This document shows positions 53,250-64,000 of a stretch of 64,000 bases of DNA, in pieces; the stretch's first letter is position 1; each line of letters starts with the position of its first letter. The stretch lies in the NCBI GenBank assembly GCA_030141605.1, contig JAQGDQ010000239.1, positions 248,001 to 312,000 of the forward strand, in the 5' to 3' direction. The notes beneath the pieces are model-generated. The model saw only the letters and a list, made by a program, of their open reading frames with translations, made no database searches and was not told where the DNA came from. The position numbers and the translations under genes were made by a program. The stretch comes from Tubiluchus corallicola. Taxonomy: Eukaryota; Animalia; Priapulida.

Positions 53250-54070
53250 TTATACTCTCATATCATTTCAGTATTCCATTGCTGCCTTGATGTACTGGCT
53301 TACTTTTTTTAGTACTTCACTATTCAAGCTGGATACATTCCTGCTTGTTACATTCCACTTTCTTATTTTAGTTAATTTGACACACTCAAACAAAGGCTCT
53401 GTTGTATCTTGTGCACTACAGTACATAATGGGAATTCTAAGTTATTAATATACTTATTCTTATAATTTGCTTTTACTTCTACCACATTTAATTGCACTTT
53501 CATTATAGCACTAAAATCCCGTAAGTTGCAGTTGGATATGTAGTTTCCTCTTTCAGGGCTAATTAATGATAAGAACCTTAATTTTGTTTTATTTGTTACT
53601 GCTTGCTGGTATTGCTCCTTTATCTTTATTTGTATAGCTTTCTTTACCTGTTTTTTCCATGTTGACTGTTTCAACATTATTACTTTGTTTTATCTATATC
53701 AACTTCATTTTCATCCTCTATTTTCATTAAATATTCATACCAACATTTTGGATATTCTCTTATAATTTGCTCCTTCAGTATTCATTTTGCTAGACAGTTA
53801 TCATCGGAGTGCTGCAAATTAAAGTACCACATTAATTTTTTGCTCTGTATTTGTTTCTCGATTGGCCATTTCGTGTTTCTATTAATAAACCCTAGTAGGG
53901 TGTACTTCGGCTTTGACCTAATATTTTCTTTAGTGATTATGCTTGTATTGTCTCCAATTGTTGTATTTCTATCTTTGCCATATTAGTCCATGTTTCAGCG
54001 TTACTAATTATGTTCGATACTATAACAGTCTCATATTATTTTAGTCTAGTTTAGTCATGATTGCCAACTG
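53250..54070 (-). mobile_element. Decayed non-LTR retrotransposon ORF2 3' region
   Basis: Minus-strand pieces IISNAETWTN and WKKQVKKAI...KTKLRFL...LNVVEVKANYKNKY...PLC. Same family as 30340..30660. Confidence 0.65.
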
Positions 54071-54539
54071 CCCTACTTTGTTTTCTGTACAAAAGTGTAT
54101 AACTTAAGCCAACATAAACTTTGTTTTATTATTCCTATGCTCTAACATATCTAAATAGTTTATTAAGATTTTGCTATGGCAAAATCTTACTGTTTGTCAT
54201 TGAGTTATTACTTAATTATACTCCGTCACCTTAACACGTAAGCCTTATAAGCTAGGGTCACCAAACTCACAGGGTTGTTAGCCCTGGGTGGGGGACATAC
54301 AACAGTGTGGGATCAGTGACCACTGGTCAAGGGGGGAAGGGCAGTGGGTATCAGTCAGTTTTTCTGACTCTTCTCCTGTTCTCTGATATTAGTTGTTGCA
54401 GTGCATCCTTCAGATTCTCTAAAGTTCTCTACTATGTGTTCTTCAATAATACTGTATGGGCAAATGCATTTCTTATCAGTTGGGAAATATCAGTCTCATA
54501 AGAAGACCAATGGAAAATATTGACCTTGGGATGGTAGAA

Positions 54540-54960
54540 AATTCATCCTTTCCAGTTGTTTCGCTTAAACTTAATGAGTGGCTCATAGTTCGACGGGGTT
54601 GTTGAATGGCAAGCAGTCTTGCAAATAATTAACAATCTTCTCTCCATTTTATCAGTTTCATTGTCAACCATGCACCTTAATTTTTCGTGACATGTGCTGA
54701 ATGTCTTCAACCTTGTTTTCTTCATGGGATCCCATATTGTTTTGTGACGATGCATTCGATGAAACCAGGTGCTGTGATACAAACTTCTTCAAACTTATTT
54801 GTACCTTTGTCATCTCTGAAAAGAATATCTTTCTTGACAGTTTCCTGTACTTCTATATTAGATACTATATTCACAAGCTTTGTTGCTTTGCAGAAGAAAA
54901 TGTTACTATCAGCATTGTTTTAGGATGCTGTCTTTAATTCCATCTGAATTGTGGAATCTG
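54540..54960 (-). pseudogene. Frameshifted remnant of an uncharacterised transposon-associated protein
   Basis: Adjacent frames give KLVNIVSNIEVQETVKKDILFRDDKGTNKFEE and IWDPMKKTRLKTFS...RRLLIICK. This resembles from memory a large DNA-transposon-like protein family of marine invertebrates; the family is not assigned. Confidence 0.4.
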
Positions 54961-55508
54961 CATATTGCTGTGGAATGACTTAACTGATAGTGCTCTTTGG
55001 TTGACAAGTTTGTTTTGCAGGCAAACAATTGTCATAAAAATCTTGTATTGGATTGATCAGATTAAGGGCAATCAAGAAAAACCTATAAAGTGCATTTTCA
55101 TTTTGTGTGATTCCCGTCACAATACACTGATTCAATACACAGTTGTTCCATTGATTGATCTACAAAGAGGTTGGTAAGTGGAACACCAGATTTATTTACC
55201 ATTAATTCATCACACTTTATTCCAAATGCACGACACTGTCACTCACACTAAATGTCAAAAGAGCTCTGAGTTTTGTCCTGGTAAGCAGAAAGATAACTGA
55301 AGATTCTAAAATATGACTTAACCTGCAATGTAATGCAACTAGAACAGTAACAGGAGTACGTGGTTGCTGTAATTTTTACATTATTATGCTAAGACCTGAA
55401 AAATGTCTGCTGATCATGATCCTTTTATCGAAGGTCAACAAAGTTTGCACCACTATAGGTGTATATCCTCTAAATTGCATGATTTTTGAAGCTGTAATTT
55501 GTGAGTTA

Positions 55509-56117
55509 CAGTAAGTGTTTGCTTAACGACTTGTTTTAACGACGCTGATCATTTGACACCTTTTTTTTACTTAATGACGCACTGTTTCCTTTTAATGACG
55601 ATTTGTTTACTTTGCTCGAAACCTAATATGATGCATTAAAACAGTACATATTGCGTTATTCTGTTCTAAAAATGCACTGGTAACGTAAACAATGCAATCA
55701 TTATACAAGTTGTTGCTTCCCGACAGACCACTAAATGCTAGCCATTTATAGCAAGTGAGACCTGGGAGCAAAAAATTTTGCCTGCAACCTGTTACTATAG
55801 TAATCAGGCTTAGACGAAATTCCCAAGATCACCTAGCAATTGGCATTAACTCTGCTGCAGTGTTTATTGTTTAACTGTTGCCTACACTTAAATATTAACG
55901 AAAAAGAAACCGCTAGCTAGATTAGTAAGATATATATAGGTGGTTTCAAGCAAGAACAAGGAGTAAAACCCATAAAACATTTAATTTATGTGATTTAAGC
56001 AGCACTGATTTTTGGCTCTGGAACGTGTCTTTTTTTACAATATTTTTTATTGAAGTTTTAGCTTCGTTTAACGCCTCATTTTGCTGGAACGCATTAGCAT
56101 CGTTAAAGGGCTTGCTG
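55509..56117 (+). mobile_element. pogo/Tigger-like MITE family B, full length
   Basis: TA|CAGTAAGTGTTTGCTTAACGAC ... CATCGTTAAAGGGCTTGCTG|TA imperfect TIRs, with repeated ttaacgac subterminal motifs. A second copy lies at 5975..6516. Confidence 0.8.
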
Positions 56118-56920
56118 TATTAGACATTATAGCAAAAACTGCATAATATCCACTGACCTTGACCTATTTTGTTTAAGATCAATGCACATCAGTCTGGGTT
56201 ATTCCAAGTCTTGCAATATAAGTTTCCAAGATTCGAGCTGCTATACATTCTCAGTTACTGTCATGGAAATATATTTTAGACGATCGCCTGTGTCGTATGA
56301 CCTGGCCCTACCCACTTCTTACTTCTACCTAGCTGTGCAGATACACAATTTCTAGCACAGTTCTATAAGAGGAGTTGACAGTTGCCCTAATTTTGACATT
56401 TTGACCCCAGTCAAAGCTATTTTAAGCTATGCCCACTTTTTGAAAAATAATTGATGCCTGTCTACCACCACCATACCGCCAGACTCACAAAAAAAATTGG
56501 ACATACGTCAAACCCTAGGAAACGTTGAGCAACAAGCTTATTTTTAAGTGTTACTGGCAGTCATTTTTAAATCTGAGATGGAAGCCAAAGCTTTGCATGA
56601 AAAAAATGGCATCTACCTATCAGTTTTGAATTCAGCACCTCCAAGTTGATTTAATCAATAGACCATAGAAATCAATTTTGGCAAAAAATTGAGCTAATCC
56701 CAAATGTTTGAAATAGCACACTGTACTAAAAGTTAAAAGTAAAATAAAAATTATCTGTAACTTGTTCTACTTTGTTGTGCAATGGCAAGTCAGGAAAAGT
56801 TTACTTGACTTGGAATGTGCATTAAACAAGTTTGTAACCAACAAATGATTTTTATTTTAAGGCACACAAGTCACCATGGTAATTACTTGCTAGTCTTGGC
56901 ATTACACAGAGAAAACAGTC

Positions 56921-58657
56921 ATGGCAGAATCTGCAGAAGAAAAAATTGTACTTACTCCTAAGAAAAAGAGTAAGCTTTCTACTACTCTTCTCATGCAAAG
57001 GGTGAAGAAACAAACTGATGAAAGTAAAGTGCTTCATGTTGCTGGTGGTGCTCATAAAGGCATTGTAATTAACAAGGATGTGAACCAAGATGCACTGCTG
57101 GAAGCTGATCCACCTCACCTTGTTCTGCAGTTCAAAGTGTATTTGCAAGATGCAGCTAGATCAGATACATTGCTTACCAAAGAAAGCAGAATACTTCGGT
57201 TTTGGTATAAAGATGGTGTCAGTCAGGATGAAAGGATGAAAGATGCTCATGAATTTTTTAAGGAACTTGTTAGGCCAAATGACTTTCCTAGAGATTATGT
57301 GGGTTTCATCAAGAAAATAATGAAGATGATGCAGTTGAAATTTATGGATCCCTACAAAATTGAAGTAGAAATGACACAACAAGAAGAATTGGTAGAAGCC
57401 CCTGTAAGCCCTAGAGAAGAGAAGGATGATTTCAATTTCATGCAAATTGCTTCTGAGGACAGATTACTTGAGCTAATTGAACTTGCTTATCCAAATGCAT
57501 TGTCAATTGCAGATCTTCAGCAGAATGTCACTGGATCTGAGGATGAAATTACGGAAATGTTGCAGAATTTGGAAAGAAAGAATCTCATTAAACAGATGGA
57601 TAATTTGACATGGATGCGTGTGGTAAAATTTGATGCTGATGTGAAAATGGTCAAACAAATGCCTAAAGTGGCCCAGATAGAACAACCTACCATAGCTATC
57701 ATAACTGCTTTATATCCAGAAAAGGTAGCTGTTGATGCAATGATTGAAAATCAACAAACTTTTGTACGCTATAAAACCGAAGGAGAAGCAAACGTTTACA
57801 CCTTGGGTGACATTGGTTCTCATAGAGTTGTCTGCACAAAGTTACCTTCAGTAGGTCATACACGGTCAGCCATGATAGCTGCAGGCAATACTACTACAAG
57901 GCTTCTGGGAACATTCCAAAAAATAGAATACGTGTTCCTGGTAGGAGTAGGCGGTGGTGTGCCACATTACACTGACTATAAAAAACATATTAGACTGGGT
58001 GATGTTGTTGTTTCTGCTCCAGAATTTGCCAACAGCCCAATGTATATTTATTGCGAAGAGCGAAGAGAAAATGAACATACAGGAAACATTGAATGGGATA
58101 CAAAAACTTGGTGTCCTGCTGATTTATGCATTCAGACTATTGCAGCAAACCTTGTGCGGGATTATGAGAGCAATCCTGCTGATGCTCCTTGGAATGCTTA
58201 CCTATGCGATGGTATCAATAAGTTGAAGTCGGAAGAAGCTAGCTTTGACAGGCCCAGTGTAGATCTTGATCGGCTTTTTATGAATGTAGGCAGCAATAAC
58301 CTGATCGAGGTTTCACATCCAGAAGCTCCTGATGATGTGTATGATGCACGCAAGGCAGGCATTCCTGTCATTCACTTTGGTCGTGTCGTCTCTGGTAATG
58401 CTGTTGTCAAAGAGGAACGAATGAGGCAGGCATTTGCTGTTACAGCCGGTGTAGCAGCATATGATCAAGATTTTGATGCTGTTACTGAGTCTGTCTATGG
58501 CAGCAGAATCGACTGTTATGCATTTATAAGAGGAATAGCTGATTATGTTAATGGTACAAAGGGAAAAGAGTGGCAGCCATATGCAGCATTGGCTGCCGCT
58601 GCATTTATGAAAGAGATCATTTTGCGACTTCCGCGACCTTCTCTCAGTGAAGATTAA
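56921..58657 (+). CDS. Uncharacterised protein: N-terminal domain of unknown function + winged-helix-like segment + C-terminal nucleoside phosphorylase/MTA-SAH nucleosidase (PNP_UDP_1/Pfs)-fold domain
   Basis: 578-aa uninterrupted ORF. From ~aa 256: IAIITALYPEKVAV, YTLGDIGSHRVV, VFLVGVGGGVP, IRLGDVVVS, IHFGRVVSGNAVVK, FIRGIADY, KEWQPYAALAAAAFMKEII, the motif order of Pfs/PNP_UDP domains. aa ~179-234 fit a helix-helix-helix-wing pattern. A candidate splice acceptor (tttttattttaag) ends at 56861, upstream of the ATG. Confidence 0.88.
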   Translation: MAESAEEKIVLTPKKKSKLSTTLLMQRVKKQTDESKVLHVAGGAHKGIVINKDVNQDALLEADPPHLVLQFKVYLQDAARSDTLLTKESRILRFWYKDGVSQDERMKDAHEFFKELVRPNDFPRDYVGFIKKIMKMMQLKFMDPYKIEVEMTQQEELVEAPVSPREEKDDFNFMQIASEDRLLELIELAYPNALSIADLQQNVTGSEDEITEMLQNLERKNLIKQMDNLTWMRVVKFDADVKMVKQMPKVAQIEQPTIAIITALYPEKVAVDAMIENQQTFVRYKTEGEANVYTLGDIGSHRVVCTKLPSVGHTRSAMIAAGNTTTRLLGTFQKIEYVFLVGVGGGVPHYTDYKKHIRLGDVVVSAPEFANSPMYIYCEERRENEHTGNIEWDTKTWCPADLCIQTIAANLVRDYESNPADAPWNAYLCDGINKLKSEEASFDRPSVDLDRLFMNVGSNNLIEVSHPEAPDDVYDARKAGIPVIHFGRVVSGNAVVKEERMRQAFAVTAGVAAYDQDFDAVTESVYGSRIDCYAFIRGIADYVNGTKGKEWQPYAALAAAAFMKEIILRLPRPSLSED

Positions 58658-61600
58658 TTAGATCTGATTTTAATTTCTTAATCTTTGATTATACGTGAAC
58701 TCATGAATTATTTTCAATGGTAATTAAGTTTTTTGTTTTTTTAGTCAACTTCAACACTATTCCCAATCTCAAACAAAGTATATTAGGCATTGCAGCATTG
58801 TGGACTTGTACCAATCTGCTTTTCTACCCATCTTCTGTCTTTCTGTGTTCATTGCTTGTGACATTCTAGGCACTACGGCACCTAGAACATCAAAAATGAA
58901 AATATTGTTATAATTCTATGAGAGCAAGCACTAACTGCTACATTTGTTAGATTACGGCAGCTACTATGTTAATGTTCAAGAACAGCCAGCTGTGGGAAGA
59001 GGAGGGAAGGGAGGTACGTCTCGGGTTGCATTTTTCATCGGCTGCACATTGATCAAGTGCACTGAAAAAGTTGATTTTGTCGGAGCGGTAGAAAGGCAAA
59101 ACACCCAAGAAATTTAATTTCCATGACATTGACAACACAATGCTTCCTGTCGAGTGCAACAAAGCAACAGTGCATCAACAAAGATGATAATTAGTGATTT
59201 AGTATATTGTAATATTTGTAACATAGTTTGTTGTTGCTTTCAAAGTTTGTGTGCAGTACACGTTTTGAGAACTACGAAAAACATTAAATTTTATAATCAG
59301 GCTCTTTCCTTCATTAACATTTGAAGAAGCCTTTGAGCATTGTAACTTTTGAAGCATATAGGGTGAATTTATTTTTTCACAAACAGATTTTTTTAGCACA
59401 GTATGACCTATTAATTATCAAAATTATCCGGACCAACATATCTGGACTAGATAACAAAAATTGAAATTTGTAGCTTTTATCTATGTTAACCGTTAACCTT
59501 ATTACTAACAAACTTTAATACTGATGCAAAGTGTCTTGAGGTGTTCTTATGCTCACCTTTCTGTTGCTTTGTTGAAGAAAATTAACTTTTCTGAAGAAAA
59601 ATTAATTAAAAGGCGCCCTAATTATGGTATGTGCATCAATTGTAACGTGAACTACACTAGCGTGAATAACGGCAGGCAGAGATCCGCAGACTTTATACAG
59701 TAACTGGGTCTGCAACACAGTGGGGATCTATAACGAAGTAGTTTCCGAAACTGAAATGCTGAGTTCATTTAATGAGATCATTTAGTACAGTGAGGGTTTC
59801 TTGGGCATGGAGCTAGACATTCCAATTTGTTGGGGGACTCCCGATTTTAATGGTAACCACGTTTTCACCCAATTTTGAAATATTTTACCTGATTTTCCAC
59901 CAATTGTTAATTTAATCTTAACATCTCACAAAAATACGATTGCAGTGGGATAGAAGACACCTTTGCCTGAAATAAAATCGCTCATTTTGCCTGCTAAACA
60001 ATGCAAAAAAATCGCTTGGGAATGCAATTCGTAGAATAGGGGTGTGGGCTGCACTTAGCTGCCTTGATGATACTAACAATGCAGATTAAAAACTTAATAA
60101 ATAGCCTTTAGCTAATAAGGCCATTAAAGTGGAAACTTTCAATAGTTTGAGATTCAATATTAATTTGTAATATGCCAAAGCCTTTGATAAATTAATATTG
60201 GAGGACCTTGATTAAACAAAGCCATCTAACATGATCTGATTATCTGGACTTTCTCAATTATTCATATTTTTTCGATCTCAGAACCGTACTGTAAGATAAA
60301 CGAGTCCTACTTGTACTTTTTTACTTTATCAATTTATTTCCATAACTTATTGCAATTGCCAAATCTAAAGTTTTCCTACATGATGATTTTCATTATCAAA
60401 CTTAAATGCCACTCTGGGCATCACAAGCTCTTGCTGCATGTACCACTGACTAGTTGTTAACTCATCATTCTCTGAAATTTTACTGTAGATTTGCATACAT
60501 TATGCAAGAAAGTTTATTGAACCAGTTTAATGAGATTAAAAACATCAGCAACACATAAGTTTCAACTTGGGACACCACTTAGGAACTTTATGATATTTGT
60601 TTTCATGAGACTGTGTAAATTGCATGTCTAGTTATAATTCCACTAGTTAATAAATAGTAGATAAGTGATTGTAGTTTTCTTTAGAAATAATTTTATTTAT
60701 TTGGCATACATTTACATATAGAATAGAACTATATTGTACAATGTGATACCAGATAATTTAAAGATTATCTTTGCAGTTGTGTTACATGTACATATATTTT
60801 CGTTTATAATTTGCATAGAGCTGGTTATTAGATCTACACATACTTTGTAATTGACTCTTCAGGTGACTGCTCTAGTAATATATGCAGATCGATGTCTTAT
60901 ATTTTAGAATTATAGACCATTTTATTTAAATAATTTTAGCCTCACTTTGTAGAAAATCTGTAGTGGTGCACATTTCTTAATTGTCATAACAATAATAATT
61001 ATTATTATGTTTTTTTCACGGTGTCTGTCTTGTCCTGTAGCAATACATATGTAACGTCACACTTGATATTTCTAGATCACTTGTTATAGACCTTTTCATT
61101 CCAGGACCGCCGTGAATGCTGCTGTTTTCAAGTCTTTCCACAAAACATAAATTATAATGCCCGGTACGAATCTACTGAGATTATAGACAGAGCTCGCAAA
61201 CATTAATATTTGTGTGTGTTAAGATTTTTGCATGTTATTTTAGTGACTACTATATTTTGGTTGTGTGGTATAAAAATACTACTTAGTTAATGTTGATATT
61301 TTAATGGGCTTCCATATTATTTGTCTTTAACATAATTTCTTTTTCTGTAAAAGCATGATATAATAGGTACTCAGTTTTATGTTTTAATCTTTGTCAGCAA
61401 AGTACATGTACCAATTTATGGATGCTGCATGTTAGCTAGCTATTTGAATTAGCATGATTGATTGCACTATTTCACTATAAGTTTTAGTCATTTTTAAAAA
61501 CAAGAACATAATACTCCAACAGTGTGAGTTTTTGGAAAGAGTTCTTTGTCTATTAAACTTTGATAATAATTATACAGCATTTTGCAGTTTAGCACAGTAG

Positions 61601-64000
61601 TACCATTAGGCTAGCACAAGTTTGCAGGTTCTGTAAAGTGTGTACAAGTGCTACATCGCTTTTTAATTCATAAATTGCCATTGTTTGTTTACATGTACTT
61701 TTGAAATTGTTAGTCTAGCTATACATATGTAATTACTTTAGTTTGTGCCATTGTGGTTGTGTAGTTTACAATATTTAGTATGTTTGTACCAGAAATGTTT
61801 GAGAAGCAGGCTTCATGCTTCATTTTGTGACCACTTGGTTGTTAAAATGCTGGGATGTGACTTGTATTTCACCTCGATTGTTTCATTGTCTTTAAATTAT
61901 CTTTTTTTGCGATATTGGACAGCCACTAAATTAAATGTGTACATAGTACAAATCTTTTACGGTATATTGTGTACTGCACACGTATAGTAATACAATTATA
62001 CGATTATTATTTTACTTTAGTATGTAACTTGTTGAGTTATTTAGCAGTTGTTTAGTTTAACTTCCTTATCCCTGAGAGTGAGAGTAAACTAGTTTAATAA
62101 ACTGATGTAGGCTGACAAAATCCAGATTTTATTTCATCCTTTTCGTAATTTCAGACAGCCATTATTGCCAGAGTTTGTGAATGTTTAGTATGTGTTTATG
62201 TTACTAGATTGGAGTATAGAGTAATGTGGGACCAGGTTGTTTTTTGTAACGAGACTATGTTTCAAATCTGGTCTTAATATTATGGAATGTAAATGCTTTG
62301 AAGAGCACATGTTGATAGACAGTTTATAAGCATCAGCCACATTATCTGTTTGACTTGTAGTTTAGAGAAATGCTTAGAGTGATTACTGATAAGAATTTGT
62401 CACATAATTATAAAAAAAGTATATTTGGCAAGCTGGAAGTTAGCAGCTTATAGCTTTGGTGAGGCTAGCTAGGAAATTTATAGTATCTGGTTTAAGAAAT
62501 CAACAAGAATACAGAATGTTTTGCTTTTTTTATTTTAAAAAAATGTGATACTGACGTGATAATGGTATTTTAATGTCACCAAGAATTTTTAAATTGAATA
62601 AAGTTCTTTTCATTTGTAGAGTGGCTTCTCTTGCTACAGCTCAAATGGAATGGTGCTATTGAGTTTGGTTATTGTGTATGCATTTTTTTAATGTTGTAAT
62701 GTTACTTTTCGTAGAAAAAAACGGCCTATCTATTAGTCCATTTTCTATGTGTACATTGGTAATATGTGAGATACCACGCTACAGTAAGGAAAGAATACTG
62801 CTTTCAATTTGTTTTGCGGGTATATTTTTCAAAATTTAAATCCACCTTAGATTGTAAAACTGCTTTACCTGTCTTCTGGACGGGAGCATTAACGTTATTT
62901 TGTGTAATGGTAGCAGAGGGAGAGAGAAAAGGAGAGATGTAACGGGTATTGATTGGGCATTAATTTTTATTATCAGCGTATCAATATTAAATTATGTAGT
63001 ACCTGTGCTGCTTTGCTTTACAGTTTACTCAAGGTCGCTCACAACTGTCCCTAGGCATTTATGTTAATGTTTGCTGATAACATTAGTTAATTGCTGGATT
63101 ATTGCTCACTTGTGTATTATAATATATGATCGTAGCAATTAAATATTTTATTCCTTATTAAACAAATAATTATTGATTTACCGTATTACTTATGTAGTAT
63201 TACCCTCTATAAAACCTAGGTTTTCCTTGCTAATTTTAAAACTGAAGCTAGTATTAAATATATATATATATATACTATGCTTGATTATTTATTTTACATT
63301 TTAGATTATGGAATTAGTTAGAATGTATGAAGTAAGAGTATGTGCATTTGGGGACATTAGACATAACTAAATTATTGTTTTTAAAATTTTTGAGTATAGA
63401 CTTATCTAAAAACAAAAAGGACAAAAAGCTTGTGTGTCTTGAGCTTTACGTACAAATATTTACGAGTATATGTATAATTTACTAAACTGCAGTGCTGTTG
63501 TAATTAAAAGCTGCATACACCCTTTTTGCTACAAAGTGGCGTGCAGGTAGACGCTCAGTATGAAAGTTAGTACTGAATAGGTGTATAATCCACTATTAAC
63601 GTGTGTAGCAAAATAAAAATTTTATCGGCGTAACTGAAATATATTGAGCTGGTTTCAGTAAGTGTTATTAAACTTGACTTATTGAAAGTTTAAAAGTTAA
63701 CTGGTATTTTTGAAACTTAACTGTGGTGCCGCCAACAAACATTTGTCTTTGTATATGAGACTGCTTGTAAGAGAATTTTACTTAAGATAATCCTTTTTTG
63801 CATGCCGAGGATCTTTATTAATTCTAACAAATTTTTTATTTACCTATAGTTATCACTTTTTCTGATCGCTGTGTTATTTTGTTAAATGTGCTCTGCGTCT
63901 GACTTTACAGTTTTTGACTCCTGTCGTGCATATAAGCATTGTTTTAATTTTCCTGCATATGTAGCAATAAACGCACGTTTTTAATGATAATTATCTTTTA

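Noticed and set aside
56921-58657. Recent bacterial HGT or contamination as the explanation for the intronless nucleosidase-like ORF
   Set aside because: Base composition resembles the neighbouring animal exons, there is an upstream splice acceptor, and no operon or Shine-Dalgarno context is seen. Ancient transfer cannot be judged without phylogeny.
58658-64000. Additional gene or exons in the last 5.3 kb
   Set aside because: Only short ORFs with no motifs. AT/T-rich sequence is compatible with a 3' UTR or intergenic DNA.

Overview
AT-rich, intron-rich animal (invertebrate-like) genomic DNA, not prokaryotic. Four protein-coding genes are supported. (1) The 5' half of DNAJC13/RME-8 on the minus strand: 27 coding exons, 27070->4065, continuing beyond the left edge. 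(2) An intronless class-A GPCR (283..1995, +) nested antisense in a DNAJC13 intron. (3) A complete 10-exon SLC35F5-type transporter (48417->36680, -). (4) An intronless 578-aa ORF (56921..58657, +) with an unrecognised N-terminal domain, a winged-helix-like segment and a C-terminal PNP_UDP/MTA-SAH-nucleosidase-fold domain. That domain resembles the Pfs/Cap17-type (ATP-nucleosidase) immune effectors but has an altered E-M-E motif, which makes this ORF the most intriguing element. Introns and intergenic DNA carry many non-autonomous DNA transposons (pogo/Tigger-like MITEs, hAT elements with visible TSDs, nested insertions), LINE remnants and short tandem duplications. Exon boundaries were read by eye from GT-AG sites and frame continuity. 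Family assignments come from remembered motifs; no database search was run.
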